NCBI RefSeq assembly: GCF_964355755.1
Contig: NC_092673.1
Span: 20,271,648 to 20,335,647 of the forward strand
Direction of reading: 5' to 3'
Length of the DNA: 64,000 nucleotides
Source of the DNA: Antedon mediterranea
Lineage: Eukaryota; Animalia; Echinodermata
How positions within the stretch are numbered: position 1 is the stretch's first letter; every line of letters starts with the position of its first letter. The notes under the pieces were generated by a model. It saw only the letters and a program-made list of their open reading frames with translations, was not told the origin of the DNA and made no database searches. A program made the translations under genes and the position numbers. Positions 10,891 to 24,491 of the stretch are shown piece by piece.

Positions 10891-12910
10891 ACAAAGTGCG
10901 AGGCAGCGAGGCACGCGAGGCAGGGAAGGCATGCGAGGCAAGTCAGAAATTTATGCGAGGCATCGTTTTACCATCATCAAAAAATGCGAGGCATCATTTT
11001 ATCATTTCTCAAAATTGCAAGGCAGGAAATCACCGAAATTGAAGTAGCCTAGGCCTAGGCCTGCTAGGCTAGTTTCCTTTTGCACCTGCCTTGTATTTTA
11101 ACCAACTTTATCCTGAATATCACAGCTTAGAATTAGGCCTACTTTAATGAAGAAAAATCACATAAAAGTAACAATAAATCCATTAAATTGGTGATTTTAC
11201 AGACGTTGTTTTTCTCACATTTCGCACACTCAATGTTCAATATTTTGGTTTCTATGGAACGCCAAAAGAGCAAAATTAATTAGAGGGCTAAAAACTCTGT
11301 GGAATCCATTTATATTTAACGCATTATTTGGTGAAAATCAAGTACAATTTCAATAGATTTTGTCACTGTCAGTAAGGAAAAATGTTACTGTTGATAATGT
11401 ACACCGTCGTTAACCTTTTAAAGAATAAAATAGAAAAATTCATCATAATATCCTTAGTAGGATGTCCTAGGTCTAGACTAGGTAGTGATGTTGATTTAGG
11501 ATCGATTATTATTCTTTGAAAACAGAACAGTATCAGCAGTAACATATTACAGCATTTTTATTGACAAATTAACAAATATATTGAAATAAAACGTGTTTTC
11601 ACCAATAAATGCATGAGAAATTGACGCATTCCACTGAGTTTTAGTCCTCTATTATCGTTGCTCTTTTGGCGCTCCATAGAAACAAAAATATTGAACATTG
11701 AATAAGTGAAATTCGCGAAGAACAGTGTGCGAGAAACATGCCTGTAAAATCATTAATTTAAGGATTTATTTGTTACTTTTTATGTGATTCTTTCATTAAA
11801 GTACTCATGAGGTATACTTCTAAGGTGTGGTATTCACACGATAAAGTTAGTTATCAAATTTGGAGTAAAAATACAAGCGAAGGAAACTAGCGTCAGGTTT
11901 ATTAGTACGTACATGGACAACAATAAATAAAAATCGTTCGTAATATACCTAGCTTACTAAAACAGGAATAGTGTATCATTATTAAATATTACACCAATTA
12001 TTATTATATCAAAATTGATTAAATTATTTTCTACATAGGCCTCTTATCTAGCCTCTAAGTTTAATTTTAGGCCTAGTATTACAATTGTCGGACGTAAGTC
12101 TTTTTTCACACGCGCTCCAGAATTCTGTCGCAATTTTTTTCTTTGCGGCATGTTATTGGATCGGCATATCAGTTACCTTTTATTCACCGCCAGTTATTGA
12201 ACTTGTCCTGGCAATCGCTGTTCACTTTATTTGCGAGAGAGGTACACGTGTTGTTCGTAGAGAATGGAATGTCAAAAATGTCTTTGGCACGCCGCTCAGA
12301 GAGAAGTATGTGCGTTGCTGCTGAAACCACGTGCTATAGGAGGGGAATGCACCACAATCCTCTGAGCTGAGGGCTGAATCATTCCGCTACCTGCTAAATA
12401 GTAAAGAGGGATTTTCCATCTCTCGGGTCTACCGGATCTAGGCGCAGGGGTGTGACAAAATATTATTTTCACTCTGCTATGTTCGAGAGACATGTGAGTG
12501 AACACGCTCGAAATGCCAACAAACATTGCAGTCATTTGATGAGTGTGTCGCTATAACAATTATTGTTTATCGAAAGTTGAAGACTGTCGTTCAGATTTTT
12601 GAACCGTAGTTTGGGCACTTTTGTAAAAGTAAAATTTGACACGATATGACTTGAATGAAAAAACAGTCGTTACATAAAAATAAACAACATGATGAGTGTA
12701 TACACGAATCTATTTAGATACGCTTGTATCGATTGATTATTAGGCCTATAATATAGCATAATAGCACGTTAAGATATGCCTCGCACCTTTTTGAAATTGT
12801 AAAATATATGCCTCGCATGCCTCGCACTTTTGGAAATGATAAAATGATGCCTCGCACAAGTATTTGGCGTGCCTTGCATGCCTCGCGTGCCTCGCTGCCT
12901 CGCACTTTGT
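10891..12910. mobile_element. Non-autonomous TIR DNA element with GCGAGGCA subterminal repeats
   Basis: ACAAAGTGCGAGGCAGCGAGGCACGCGAGGCA at 10891 and its reverse complement ending at 12910; imperfect inverted similarity extends about 130 bp; no transposase ORF; no clear TSD. Confidence 0.8.
11068..11890. mobile_element. Nested foldback/MITE with long imperfect inverted arms
   Basis: About 11070-11400 is the reverse complement of about 11530-11890 (e.g. caatgttcaatattttggtttctatggaacgccaaaagagcaa versus ttgctcttttggcgctccatagaaacaaaaatattgaacattg). Confidence 0.7.
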
Positions 12911-13634
12911 CAACACTTCCACAAAACCCACAAAATTGACCAGTTGTTATGGAAACCTAGATAAAGGAGGTACAATCTTAATTAATTCAGAGTGTGGAAT
13001 GTGTAAAATCAAACTATCATTGAGGATATACAAGCTACTAAGTAAATATGAACTTAAATACAATAAGATAATACTGCTTTTAGAATATCGCTACATATAG
13101 ATATTTATCACCATTCCTAGAGCCTAATAATTGAATTTTTTTTTATTCGTAAATTTAAATTTACTTATTTATTGGATAGAACATCCCATAAAGAGCTTTT
13201 ACCTTTAGATTTACTTGTACAAGTTAATAACGTTGACCTTATACTTTATTCTGTAATTGTTGGCTTTCTGTAAATTAACGACCTTACATTCTTGTAATGT
13301 ATGATCAAGTTACCAACATTAGCAATAAGCTGATCAACAGGTTAACTATACATTATTCAACAGTAGGCCACTGGCCCAAGTACCATAATATAAAATATTA
13401 GGCCTACATAAAATTAAATGTAAGTAGCAGTAAAAGCATAATAATTAGTTTTCTTTTTATATGCGAAAAGGGCAAATTATACCAGGTTATTGATTACTTT
13501 TTTATTTTTGTTATTCATTAGTAAAAATATAAACTTTTCTCATTTTTCAAAAAGCAGTGACTAATTTCTTTGTAGTTTGGACATACTCAAACAAAGTGAT
13601 ATTCATTTCAACCTCGTTACATTTGCTAACTTTT

Positions 13635-16600
13635 TATCTAAAGAACGGAAATAAATTTGATATGTGACACATGTGTCATACAAGTCAAATTATAAGGTGA
13701 AATACAAAATATGAATGAATAAATGTAGCTGTATATTAAATAAAAACACAGTTAAGCAGAGAATTATGATAGTTGGTAATAAAAATGTAATCAGAAGGAA
13801 CAAAAACAAACATATATATCGGTCAATACTGTTTTGTCTTTAAAGTTTTTAAATGGTATTTTAAGATCTGTTTGCCAATGCGTTAATGTTGACCTATAAA
13901 TTAAATTCCATTAAGTTACCATGGTAATTAACGACGTACCCTCTTGTAATAGGATAGTACAAGTTGCAGAGTAGAACTCGGGTTAAATATTATAATGTAC
14001 ACCGCATCGGCCGTATACTTTTTAAATGTTAACATTAAAATTTTTAATCGTTTGTGTTTAATGAGTGTATGACAATGACTATGTTTTGTTTTATAATTTT
14101 ATTTATTTTGAATACACAATTTAATGAAAAAGTGAGATCAACGTTTCTGAATTATCATACGGAATTATCAATGGAACTATTTTCAAGATGAAAAATACAC
14201 TGTTCTAAGAACCAACGTTTGTTAAAGGAAATGAGCTACCCTGATGACTAATTATGTAATTGTATTCATCCTAATTTAGATAAACAATTTTGCTTTATAG
14301 AATTCGATTGTTTGTTGAGTGTAGATTTAAATACTTTGAACAATATAATTTCCTTCATGGTTAACCGATTCCCTGAGATCATTGGTTATATTATTCATAA
14401 AAGTCACAAATAAGTACTAGATTCACCTACTTAATAATATTTATACCTACTATACTACTAATTAATTCAACAGAATAATTCTGCAAACGTTTAAACATAT
14501 TATTATTAAGTAATATTTCATGTTGATGACATTGTAAGCCCTATTCAGCATTATTGCGCTTAAGTTTAAATACTATGACTAGACTATCCTACCATCTTTG
14601 TTACTTTAGTATATTTTATATGTGAAACTTTAGTTTCTAAAGATACAATAGTTTTTAAAATAACCGGCTCAGCTACAGTGATTAGGTTCACTTAGGTTGA
14701 CCCTGGTCTCCCAAATTTGTATATGTATATACTGAAATAGACCGAATAAATAATGAAACTGTATAATATAAACTGTAATCATTCCATCATAAATGGACGT
14801 ACGATTCTGTTTCTTTATGAATTGATGGAGTTGACCTTCTTACATTTAAGACCAGTTACCATGGAAATTAACGAATACCTTCTTTTAATATGATCGGTAC
14901 AAGTTGGGAGTCTAGCAAGCCGCACCATTATGTTCAATAAGAACGTATTCTTCAGAATTTAGAAATAAACTAAGCATAATTACACCATACAAATTAATTC
15001 GGAGGATTTAATTTAAGGGCCATTTCATGCTTTCAATTTACCAATAGGCCCCCTCAATAGGCCTAACGAGACTCATTTGCCTAAAATACATTGACAACTT
15101 ATTCGTTGTCATGCTTTCCTGTCTTCCTTTTTTTCAATTTGCATTCTCAAACTCAGGATTTGGAAAGTGAAGTGAGTTTTATTTAAAAATATGGGTCTCT
15201 CAGCCAGCTATTTTGTAGTCAAACGGCCATAAAAACTGTAATTCTTAGGCCTTTCCCGTCTTTATACTAATAAATATGGTCCCGTGAATCGTTATTGATG
15301 AAGTAATAGCAGGGGGTAGTTTAATTACACATTAATTACAGTATACAAAACACAACAAAATAAGAACACAGGATTACATTTTGAAATTAAAGATTGTATC
15401 TAAAGGGCGGAAATAAATGTGATAACATATTAGGTGAAATACAAAATATGAATGAATAAATGTAGCTATATAATAATATAAAAACACAGTTAAGCAGAAA
15501 AGTATGATAGTCGGTCAATACTGTTTTGTCTTTAAATGGTTTTTAATTTAAGATCTGTTTGCCAAGCGGTTAATGTTGACCTATACTTTAAATTCTATTC
15601 TAGAAGGTTGATTTATATAAGTTACCATGGTAATTAACGACATACCCTCTTGTAATAGGATATCTGAACAAGTTACAGTGTAGAACTCGGATTAAATATT
15701 ATGTACATCGGCCGTGTATTATACTTTTTAATTTTAAATGTTAACTTTCAAATTTTTAAATACAATACAATCGTTTGTGTTTAATAACGCTCTTTAATGA
15801 GTGTATACTTATTTTGAATACACAATTTAATGAAAAAGTGAAAAATACACTGTTCTAAGAACCAACGTTTGTTAAAGGAAATGAGCTACACTGATGACTA
15901 CTTATGTAATTGTATTCATCCTAATTTAGATAAACAATTTTGCTTTATAGAATTCGATTGTTTGTTGAGAGTAGATTTAAATACTTTGATCAATATTATT
16001 TCCTTCATGGTTAACCGATTCCCTGAGATCATTGGTTATATTATTCATAAAAGTCACAAATAAGTACTAGATTCACCTAATTAATAATATACCTACTAGT
16101 ACTATACTAATAATTAATTCAACAGAATAATTCTGCAAACGTTTAAACATATTATTATTAAGTAATATTTCATGTTGATGACATTGTAAGCCCTATTCAG
16201 CATTATTGCGCTTAAAAAGTTTAAATACTATGACTAGACTATCCTACCATTTGTTAGTATATTTTATATGTGAAACTTTAGTTTCTAAAGATACAATAGT
16301 TTTTAAAATAACCGGCTCAGCTACAGTGATTAGGTTCACTTAGGTTGACCCTGGTCTCCCAAATTTGTATATGTATATACTGAAATATACCGAATAAATA
16401 ATGAAACTGTATAATATAAACTGTAATCATTAACTATCATAACTGGACGTACGATTCTGTTTCTTTATATTAATGAATTGATGGAGTTGACCTTATTCTA
16501 TACATTTAAGACCAGTTACCATGGAAATTAATGACTACCTTCTTGTAATATGATCGGTACAAGTTGGGAGTCTAGCAAGCCGCACCACATTATGTTCAAT

Positions 16601-17700
16601 AAGAACGTATTCTTCAGAATTTAGAAATATACTAAGCATAATTACGCCATACAAATTAATTCGGAGGATTTAATTTAAGGAACATTTCATGCTTTCAATT
16701 TACCAATAGGCCCCCTCAATAGGCCTAATCTTCCTTTTTTTCAATTTGCATTCTCAAACTCAGGATTTGGAAAGTGAAGTGAGTTTTATTTAGAAATATG
16801 GGTCTCTCAGCCGGCTATTTTGTAGTCAAACGGCCATAAAAACTGTAATTCTTGTGCCTTTCCCGTCTTTATACTAATAATTAATATGGTCCCGTGCAAT
16901 CGTTATTGATGAAGTAATAGCAGGGGATAGTTTAATTACACATTAATTACATTATACAAAACACAACAAAATAAGAACACAGGATTACATTTTTAAATTA
17001 AAGATTGTATCTAAACTTAAAGGGCGGAAATAAATGTGATAACATATTAGGTTAAATACAAAATATGAATAAATAAATGTAGCTATAATAATATAAAAAC
17101 ACAGTTAAGCAGAAAATTATGATAGTTGGTAATAAAATTGTAATCAGAAAGAACAAAAACAAACATATATATTGGTCAATACTGTTTTGTCTTTAAATGT
17201 TTTTTTAATTTAAGATCTGTTTGCCAAGCGGTTAATGTTGACCTATACTTTAAATTCCATTCTAGAAGGTTGATTTATATAAGTTACCATGGTAATTAAC
17301 GACGTACCCTCTTGTAATAGGATATAGTACTGTACAAGTTGCAGAGTAGAACTCGGGTTAAATATTATGTACATCGGCCGTGTATTTTACTTTTTAAATG
17401 TTAACATTCAAATTTTTAAATACAATGCAATCGTTTGTGTTTAAAATAACGCTCTTTAATGAGTGTTTGACTATGACTATGTTTTATTTTATAATTATAC
17501 TTATTTTGAATACACAATTTAATGAAAAAGTGAAAAATACACTGTTCTAAGAACCAACGTTTGTTATTAAAGGAAATGAGCTACACTGATGACTACTTAT
17601 GTAATTGTATTTATCCTAATTTAGATAAACAATTTTGCTTTATAGCTAATTCGATTGTTTGTTGGGTGTAGTTAAATACTTTGATCAATATTATTTCCTT
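13635..17700. repeat. Tandem array of a 1.6-1.8 kb non-coding unit, about 2.4 copies
   Basis: Anchor cggaaataaat recurs at about 13645, 15408 and 17025; long near-identical blocks (e.g. 14200-15390 versus 15850-17010). Confidence 0.9.
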
Positions 17701-17911
17701 TATTAGACATTTAGATAAGATGTTAAAGTAAATATGCAATGATATGTTTCCTGTTGTTGTATTCATTAATGCGAATTGCCAAATGCATGGGGGACTTACA
17801 ATTAATTCCTTTAATCTTTGCATTATCTCCTGATATAGTGTAGTTAGTTTATACCTCCATGGTTTAAACTACACACATGATATTAGCTATTCCAAATCCA
17901 CTATAAAATAC

Positions 17912-17916
<5 letters not shown>

Positions 17917-17954
<38 letters not shown>

Positions 17955-19143
17955 TATTTCATTTCATCACATACATAATACAAAATTAATAAATAAAGGC
18001 AACGTAACAATTAAAACGATATAATACTCTCTCAAAAATAAGAGAGTAATGAAATTAAAGAAAAAAAAAAAATAATGTATCGCAAAAATACACTTAATAA
18101 TAATCATTTTGCTAATAATATGGTTGCCTTGTATTTTTGGTAAATGTGAAATAAATGATTATAATTAAGTAATTGTTTTTTGATTTTGCAACTAAATATG
18201 TACCACTTTGTAATTAAAATTAAAATGTTTGCATCACTGTGTGTTTTTCCAAAACCAAAACATATACTTTCTTTGGTGATAATTAAGTTATTGTTGATAT
18301 TTCGATACATATATTGTTTTACATTTTCCCAAATGTTCTTTACCAGATCACATTCAAAGAACATATGTAGCAGTGTTTCCTGCTTTTCCTTGCAAAAACT
18401 ACACATTGGTGAATCGACCTTTGACATCTTAAAGAGCATTGTATTTGTATAAATTATACGATGAATAAATTTAAATTGAAAATTTTTTAGCTTAGTGTCA
18501 TTTGTACAGGCGTGTAAATTTGAGAAAAGGTTTTTCCAATTAAGTTTGTTGTCAAACTCCTTTTCCCATTTGGATTCAATTCCAATTGGCTCTTCAACAT
18601 TTTTTAATATAATGTGTTTATAGATATAATGACAATTTCTCGTTTTCACAGAAATGAATGTCTGTAATTTGGATTCAACTTCATTAGTTGTGTTTATACC
18701 TTGTTCAATTAATTTCTGTTTCCAGAGCTTTGGAATTGAATTTACAATCTGGTGATATAATAAGAAGTCTGGTTTAAAATTATATTTTTGGTTAAATTCG
18801 TCTAGTTCTAATATTTTCCCTTCTTTGTTCACGATATCTTTTACATAGTTTACATTTTTAACCAACCAATTTTTTTCAACTTTAAATTCTCTTTTATCAA
18901 AACATGAGTTGTTCCATAAAGATTGATTTAAGATGTCCTCTATCGTATACGGTTCTACAAAATTGTATTCACTCCACGCAGAGAGTATATCTTTATGGAA
19001 CCTTTCAAATTGTTTTAATATTTTTGAAGATTTAGAAAAGTTGGTTTCGAAAACAATATTTCCTCCAACCTCTTTAATCTTACTTTTTAAAAACACTTTC
19101 CACTTGGATTGATTTCCATCAAGATATCTTTTCACCCAACATG
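17917..19143 (-). mobile_element. 5'-truncated L1/Tx1-clade LINE with poly(A) tail and TSD
   Basis: ORF2 C-terminus with zf-RVT (CSFC..ETLLHMFFEC), long poly-T on the + strand to 17952 next to a minus-strand AATAAA, 9-bp TSD ATACTATTT at 17908-17916 and 19144-19152. Confidence 0.9.
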
Positions 19144-21329
19144 ATACTATTTATAATGCGATGTAAATGGCGAATGTAATATTAATAATATGAAATTATG
19201 GAAATTTTAATTCACGACTGCTTTGATCTCACTCTCCACTAATATACCAAAATGAACAATAATTGATCTTTTGATTAAGAAAATTTAACTAGCAGCCAAC
19301 GTTTCACCAATGAAAATTACTGTCAAACCCAAGAAAATATCATAGGCGCGCCTACTTTTTTTTATTTGTTTTATTTATATGTACTACACAAATGTTATAA
19401 TGTAAAAGAAAAATACTAGTGTCAAGTTTTTTTTTAAATTAACTTAGGCGCACTTTTAGTAAAAAAATGTTGTAAATGTATTATAGAACCATAGGCATCA
19501 TATTTTGAAAAATTAAAAATGTCCAAATCATCTAAAATTCTAGTTAAGTGCCCAATTTTTATACTAAAGATAAATAAATACATATAAAATCATTGTACCA
19601 AATTTGAACAAAATTGAAATTGGTTAAGTATTTTTCCGCCGTGGTTTTTTAATGATGTTTTACAGTTTTATTTTATCCAAATAATACTAAATATCTATTA
19701 CTAATAAAAATCTAACTTTCCGATATACTGTATTAAAATTTTGGAATTAAATACTCTTTTATGAGTGGAACACACTTATGCTATTAAATATTAAATGTAA
19801 TATAATTATTAGTCATTAATTAGATATTATTTGACTTTTTTTTCCCGTTATTTGAAACCTACGCGAAATAATAATGAGAGGACGCTGTTTTACTGGTAAT
19901 AGATATGGTTATTGTGTGTTCTATTCTTCCGCTCGAGTATTCTTTAACCCCACAGGCTACATCGTTTAGATAGCGAGATCATAAATATTTTTGTATTCTT
20001 ATACTATAGGAAAGGTGATTCCATTTTGCTAAAGGAACCTTCAGAAATACAATAACTTTATTTATTTGTAGTTTATTCAACAAGAAACGAAAACTAAATT
20101 TCTAAATAAATAAAGTATAGACATAATTAATTAAATTAATAAGTACTTTTAGTACGATAAAATGTATTATCAATGGGCAAAATATGTAGCATTGATGCCA
20201 TAAAAAATAAATTGACGAGTCTCGGTAAATATGTAGGCTTAGCTCGTGGTTCAGTGTAGCGGAGGAAATTCACTTTAGCTGCGTATCCTTATCACCACTC
20301 CGCGATAGAAATTAGCCTAACGGGTAGGCCTAGGACTTGTGTGGGGGGCCTAGCAAGTCAAGTAGAGTGCCTCGGCCAACCTACGTTTCCTAGTAGGTAG
20401 AAGGTTAAGTTAGACCATGCCATTTAGGCCTACTATAGCGGAAAAAATTTCTGGTGGTTCTACTTTTTTATTTGTATTAAATGATTTTATCAAAGCCTAT
20501 ACTTATACTACCTTCAGAAAAATTAGTAATGAACTAAGAATTACTTCGACGGGAAAATATTTATCGACGGAGCAAAAAATATCTCCATTCTTAAACAATA
20601 AGTTGACGAGTCTCAAAAAGTGTAGGCCTCTTTTGCGGGGGAAAATTTGATTGATGTTGTATTGTAGAAATTGTACTGTATAGAATAGCTAGTAGTAGGA
20701 GCTAGTTTTTTTCTTGGAATGTGGAAGGATGTTTTCGTATCAAATTAGATTTGGATACAAATTGTTTTTTTCTAAAGACGTGGTTGCAATACAATCATAT
20801 AATTATGATAAGAGGCCTACTAGGGTAGGCATGACAGATCTGTTTTATTCTTCTTTCTTTTATGGGAAGGGGATTTTTAGGGGGGGGGGGCTGGGGCCTA
20901 ACTAGGCTAGTAGTATTAGTAGGCCTAGGCCTATATTTATATAAATTTTTGTTCGGAAATAAAATACATAGTTTATAAACACAAATTATTCTATAAAAAT
21001 ATAAATAGGCCTAAATATAGTAAAAAAACCTAATTTAATGTAAGTTTGTTTTTTGTAAGACGCGCGCACAGATTGAAGGAGACATTTATAAAAATAGTCA
21101 TTTGTTTGTGCTTCTAATAGCGTATAATTTAAGTAATTGTTATTAAGATTGTTGTTCAAAATAACTCTTAAATTGAGGGCGCGATCGACAAACCCGTTAA
21201 ATTATCCAGAGAGGGCGTACTCCAGACTAAAAAGTGATTCCAACAGGAGGGGGAACCAACAAGATGCCGGCCGTAAATGTGTTCAAAAACATTATTTAAC
21301 ATAAAAAATACTAATCTAATATAATAATC

Positions 21330-23296
21330 AAAACACAATATGTTACGTTACTAAATAACATAAATACTACGTGATAATAATATTATACATTTGCATTACA
21401 TCTAAAATTATCTGAACGTTTGTCTTGAATGTTTTATAAATGTTACATTGGTACGTTATCAAGACGTTAAAATGATACGTTAATAAATAACATAAAAACT
21501 ACGTTATTATAATACGTTTTTATAACATTATTATTACATCTTAAAATAACGTTATTTTATAGTTTGTACTTTACGTTTTTACAACGTGTTTGCCGAACGT
21601 TTGCTTTGAACGTTGTATAAATGTTATATTTGGAGTTAATCAAGACTTTAAAATGTTATGTTAATAAGTAACATAAAATATACGTTATTATAATACGTTT
21701 TTATAACATTATTATTACATCTTAAATTAACGTTATGTTATAGTTTGCATTTTACATTTGTACAACGTATTTCACAAAGTTTGTCTTAAACGTTGTATAA
21801 GTGTTATACTTGTACGTTATTAAGACGTTAAAACGTTACGTTAATAAATAACATTAAAACTAAGTTATTAAAAAACGTTTTTATAACATTATTGTTACAT
21901 CTTAAATTAACGTTAGTTTATAGTTTGTTTTTTACGTTTGTATAACGTATTTCTGAACGTTTGTCTTGAACGTTGTATAAATGTTACATTGATACGTTAT
22001 CAAGTCGTAAAAATGTTACGTTAATGAATAACATATAAACTACGTTATTATAATACGTTTTTATAACATTATTATTACATCTTAAGTTAATGTTAGTTTA
22101 TAGTTTGTATTTTACGTTCGTATAACGTATTTCTGAACGTTTGTCTTGAACGTTGTATAAATGTTATATTGGTACGTTATCAAGACGTAAAAATGTTACG
22201 TTAATGAATAACATATAAACTACGTTATTATAATACGTTTTTATAACATTATTATTACATCTTAAATTAACGTTAGTTTATAGTTTGTATTTTACGTTCG
22301 TATAACGTATTTCTGAACGTTTGTCTAGAACATTGTATAAATGTTATATTGATACGTTATCAAAAGGTAAAAATGTTACGTTAACGAATAACATATAAAC
22401 TACGTTATTATAATACGTTTTTATAACATTATTATTACATCTTAAATTAACGTTAGTTTATAGTTTGTATTTTACGTTCGTATAACGTATTTCTGAACGT
22501 TTGTCTTGAACGTTGTATAAATGTTATATTGGTACGTTATCAAGACGTAAAAATGTTACGTTAATGAATGTCATATAAACTACGTTATTATAATACGTTT
22601 TTATAACATTATTATTACATCTTAAGTTAACGTTAGTTTATAGTTTGTATTTTACGTTCGTATAACGTATTTCTGAACGTTTGTCTTGAACGTTGTATAA
22701 ATGTTATATTGGTACGTTATCAAGACGTAAAAATGTTACGTTAATGAATAACATATAAACTACGTTATTATAGTACGTTTTTATAACATTATTATTACAT
22801 CTTAAATTAACGTTAGTTTATAGTTTGTATTTTACGTTCGTATAACGTATTTCTGAACGTTTCTCTTGAACGTTGTATAAATGTTATATTGGTACGTTAT
22901 CAAGACGTCAAAATGTTACGTTAATGAATAACATAAAAACTACGTTATTATAATACGTTTTTATAACATTATTATTACATCTTAAGTTAACGTTATTTTA
23001 TAGTTTGTATTTTACGTTTTTATAACGTATTTTTCAAACGTTAGGTCTGAACGTAATATAATTGTCACATGTAAACGTTATTAAAACGTGAATATGTTAC
23101 GTTACTATACAACAATAATCAAACGTTTCTCAATTACGTAAATAAAACGTTGTGAAAACGTTTTTGTATTAACGTAATTTTATTCACATTATGTAACGTT
23201 TTAATGACGTTGTGACAATGTACTTTTGTAACGTTATTATCGAAAACCAAACTATAACGTTCGAGAATGTTGTCATAACGTTATGTGTTTGCTGGG
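21330..23296. repeat. 180-bp tandem satellite (about 9-10 copies), probably internal to a non-autonomous DNA element
   Basis: Anchor ttaat(g)aataacata recurs at 21661, 21841, 22021, 22201, 22381, 22561, 22741, 22921; right end GTGTTTGCTGGG at 23285-23296. Confidence 0.93.
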
Positions 23297-24491
23297 CTAT
23301 GGCCGCAAATCGCATTTCCGGCTATTCTCTTTGTTTATGAACTATATTGTTGGTGTAATTTCCAGCCCACAAATTTCAATTGCCGACCTTAATATTGCCG
23401 ACCTTATATTGTCAGAGGACGGCATTCTCTTGCCGACCGAAATTAGGCTAGAACCCTCCTCCTTTCAAGCCTCCTAGCAACGACATGGTACATTAGGGAT
23501 CGTATCATTGAGACTTTAACAGGCATATTCACCATCATGTGGTGTTTAGGTAAAAAACCATGGAATTAAGATGATCCCTGAATTCACTCAACCATTGCAT
23601 CTTGCACTTGCGTCCGGCCGTGTGAGCTGCATGCTTTCTCTATCAAGCAGCTGGCTGGGCACGTCACACACGCACGCGGAGATCTGTGTAGGGGAAATAC
23701 CCTGTTATGTCAACCAAACAACAACTATGCTCTGTGTACAGCTCGCTAGCTCTAGAACCACGATGTTCAGCAGTTATCAAATAGAACTTATCTTGTAAAT
23801 TTTAGTGTTAGGTTTTTATATTTAATATATATATATATTAATTAAATTTATTAAGGCTTGACTAGGCCTGTAGTGAACAATCGTCGTGTTGTGTTAGTAT
23901 GCCCAGCAAAAAAAAAGTGGGAGGCCAAGCGGAACTTGCTGTTCAACGGGGGAGGGGGGAATCGCACGATCCCCCCGATCCCCCCCCCCCCCCCTGGTTA
24001 CGGGCATGTAAGCCTATGTGAACTAAACTACCTACTGGGGCCTACTCAAAACGTCAACCTGTATTATAGTTCAGTGCTCGGAGTAATTCAACGCAGATAA
24101 ATTATTTTCTTTTTCAGAAACTTAGGCAGACGTTTAAATAAAATGCCATCAAGAACAACACAACACCATCTAGCATGGAGAGGTTAAAAAAGGTATTTGA
24201 TGTTCATCCATATTGTTCTTTTTTTTAAACCTAGACCAACGGTAAATTCCATAAACGATGGTTGAAATTCAACAGAGAAAGAAATTGTTATTTTTTTGTT
24301 TATTCAAGCAAATGATGAACTCTAGTTGAATATGTGAGGTTTAGTTTTAGTAATTTGCTTGATACATTTATTAAAAGAGTGTCCAATTCATTTCATCGAT
24401 TCAGTGTCAGATGCACATTTTTTAAACAATTTGCATTTCATTTTAATTTTATTCATTTTTTTTTTTCAGATAAAAAAAAATTCCCAATAAA

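Noticed and set aside
12714-13100. Short ORFs with CEA/ACL repeats
   Set aside because: Translations of the GCGAGGCA subterminal repeats of the TIR element.
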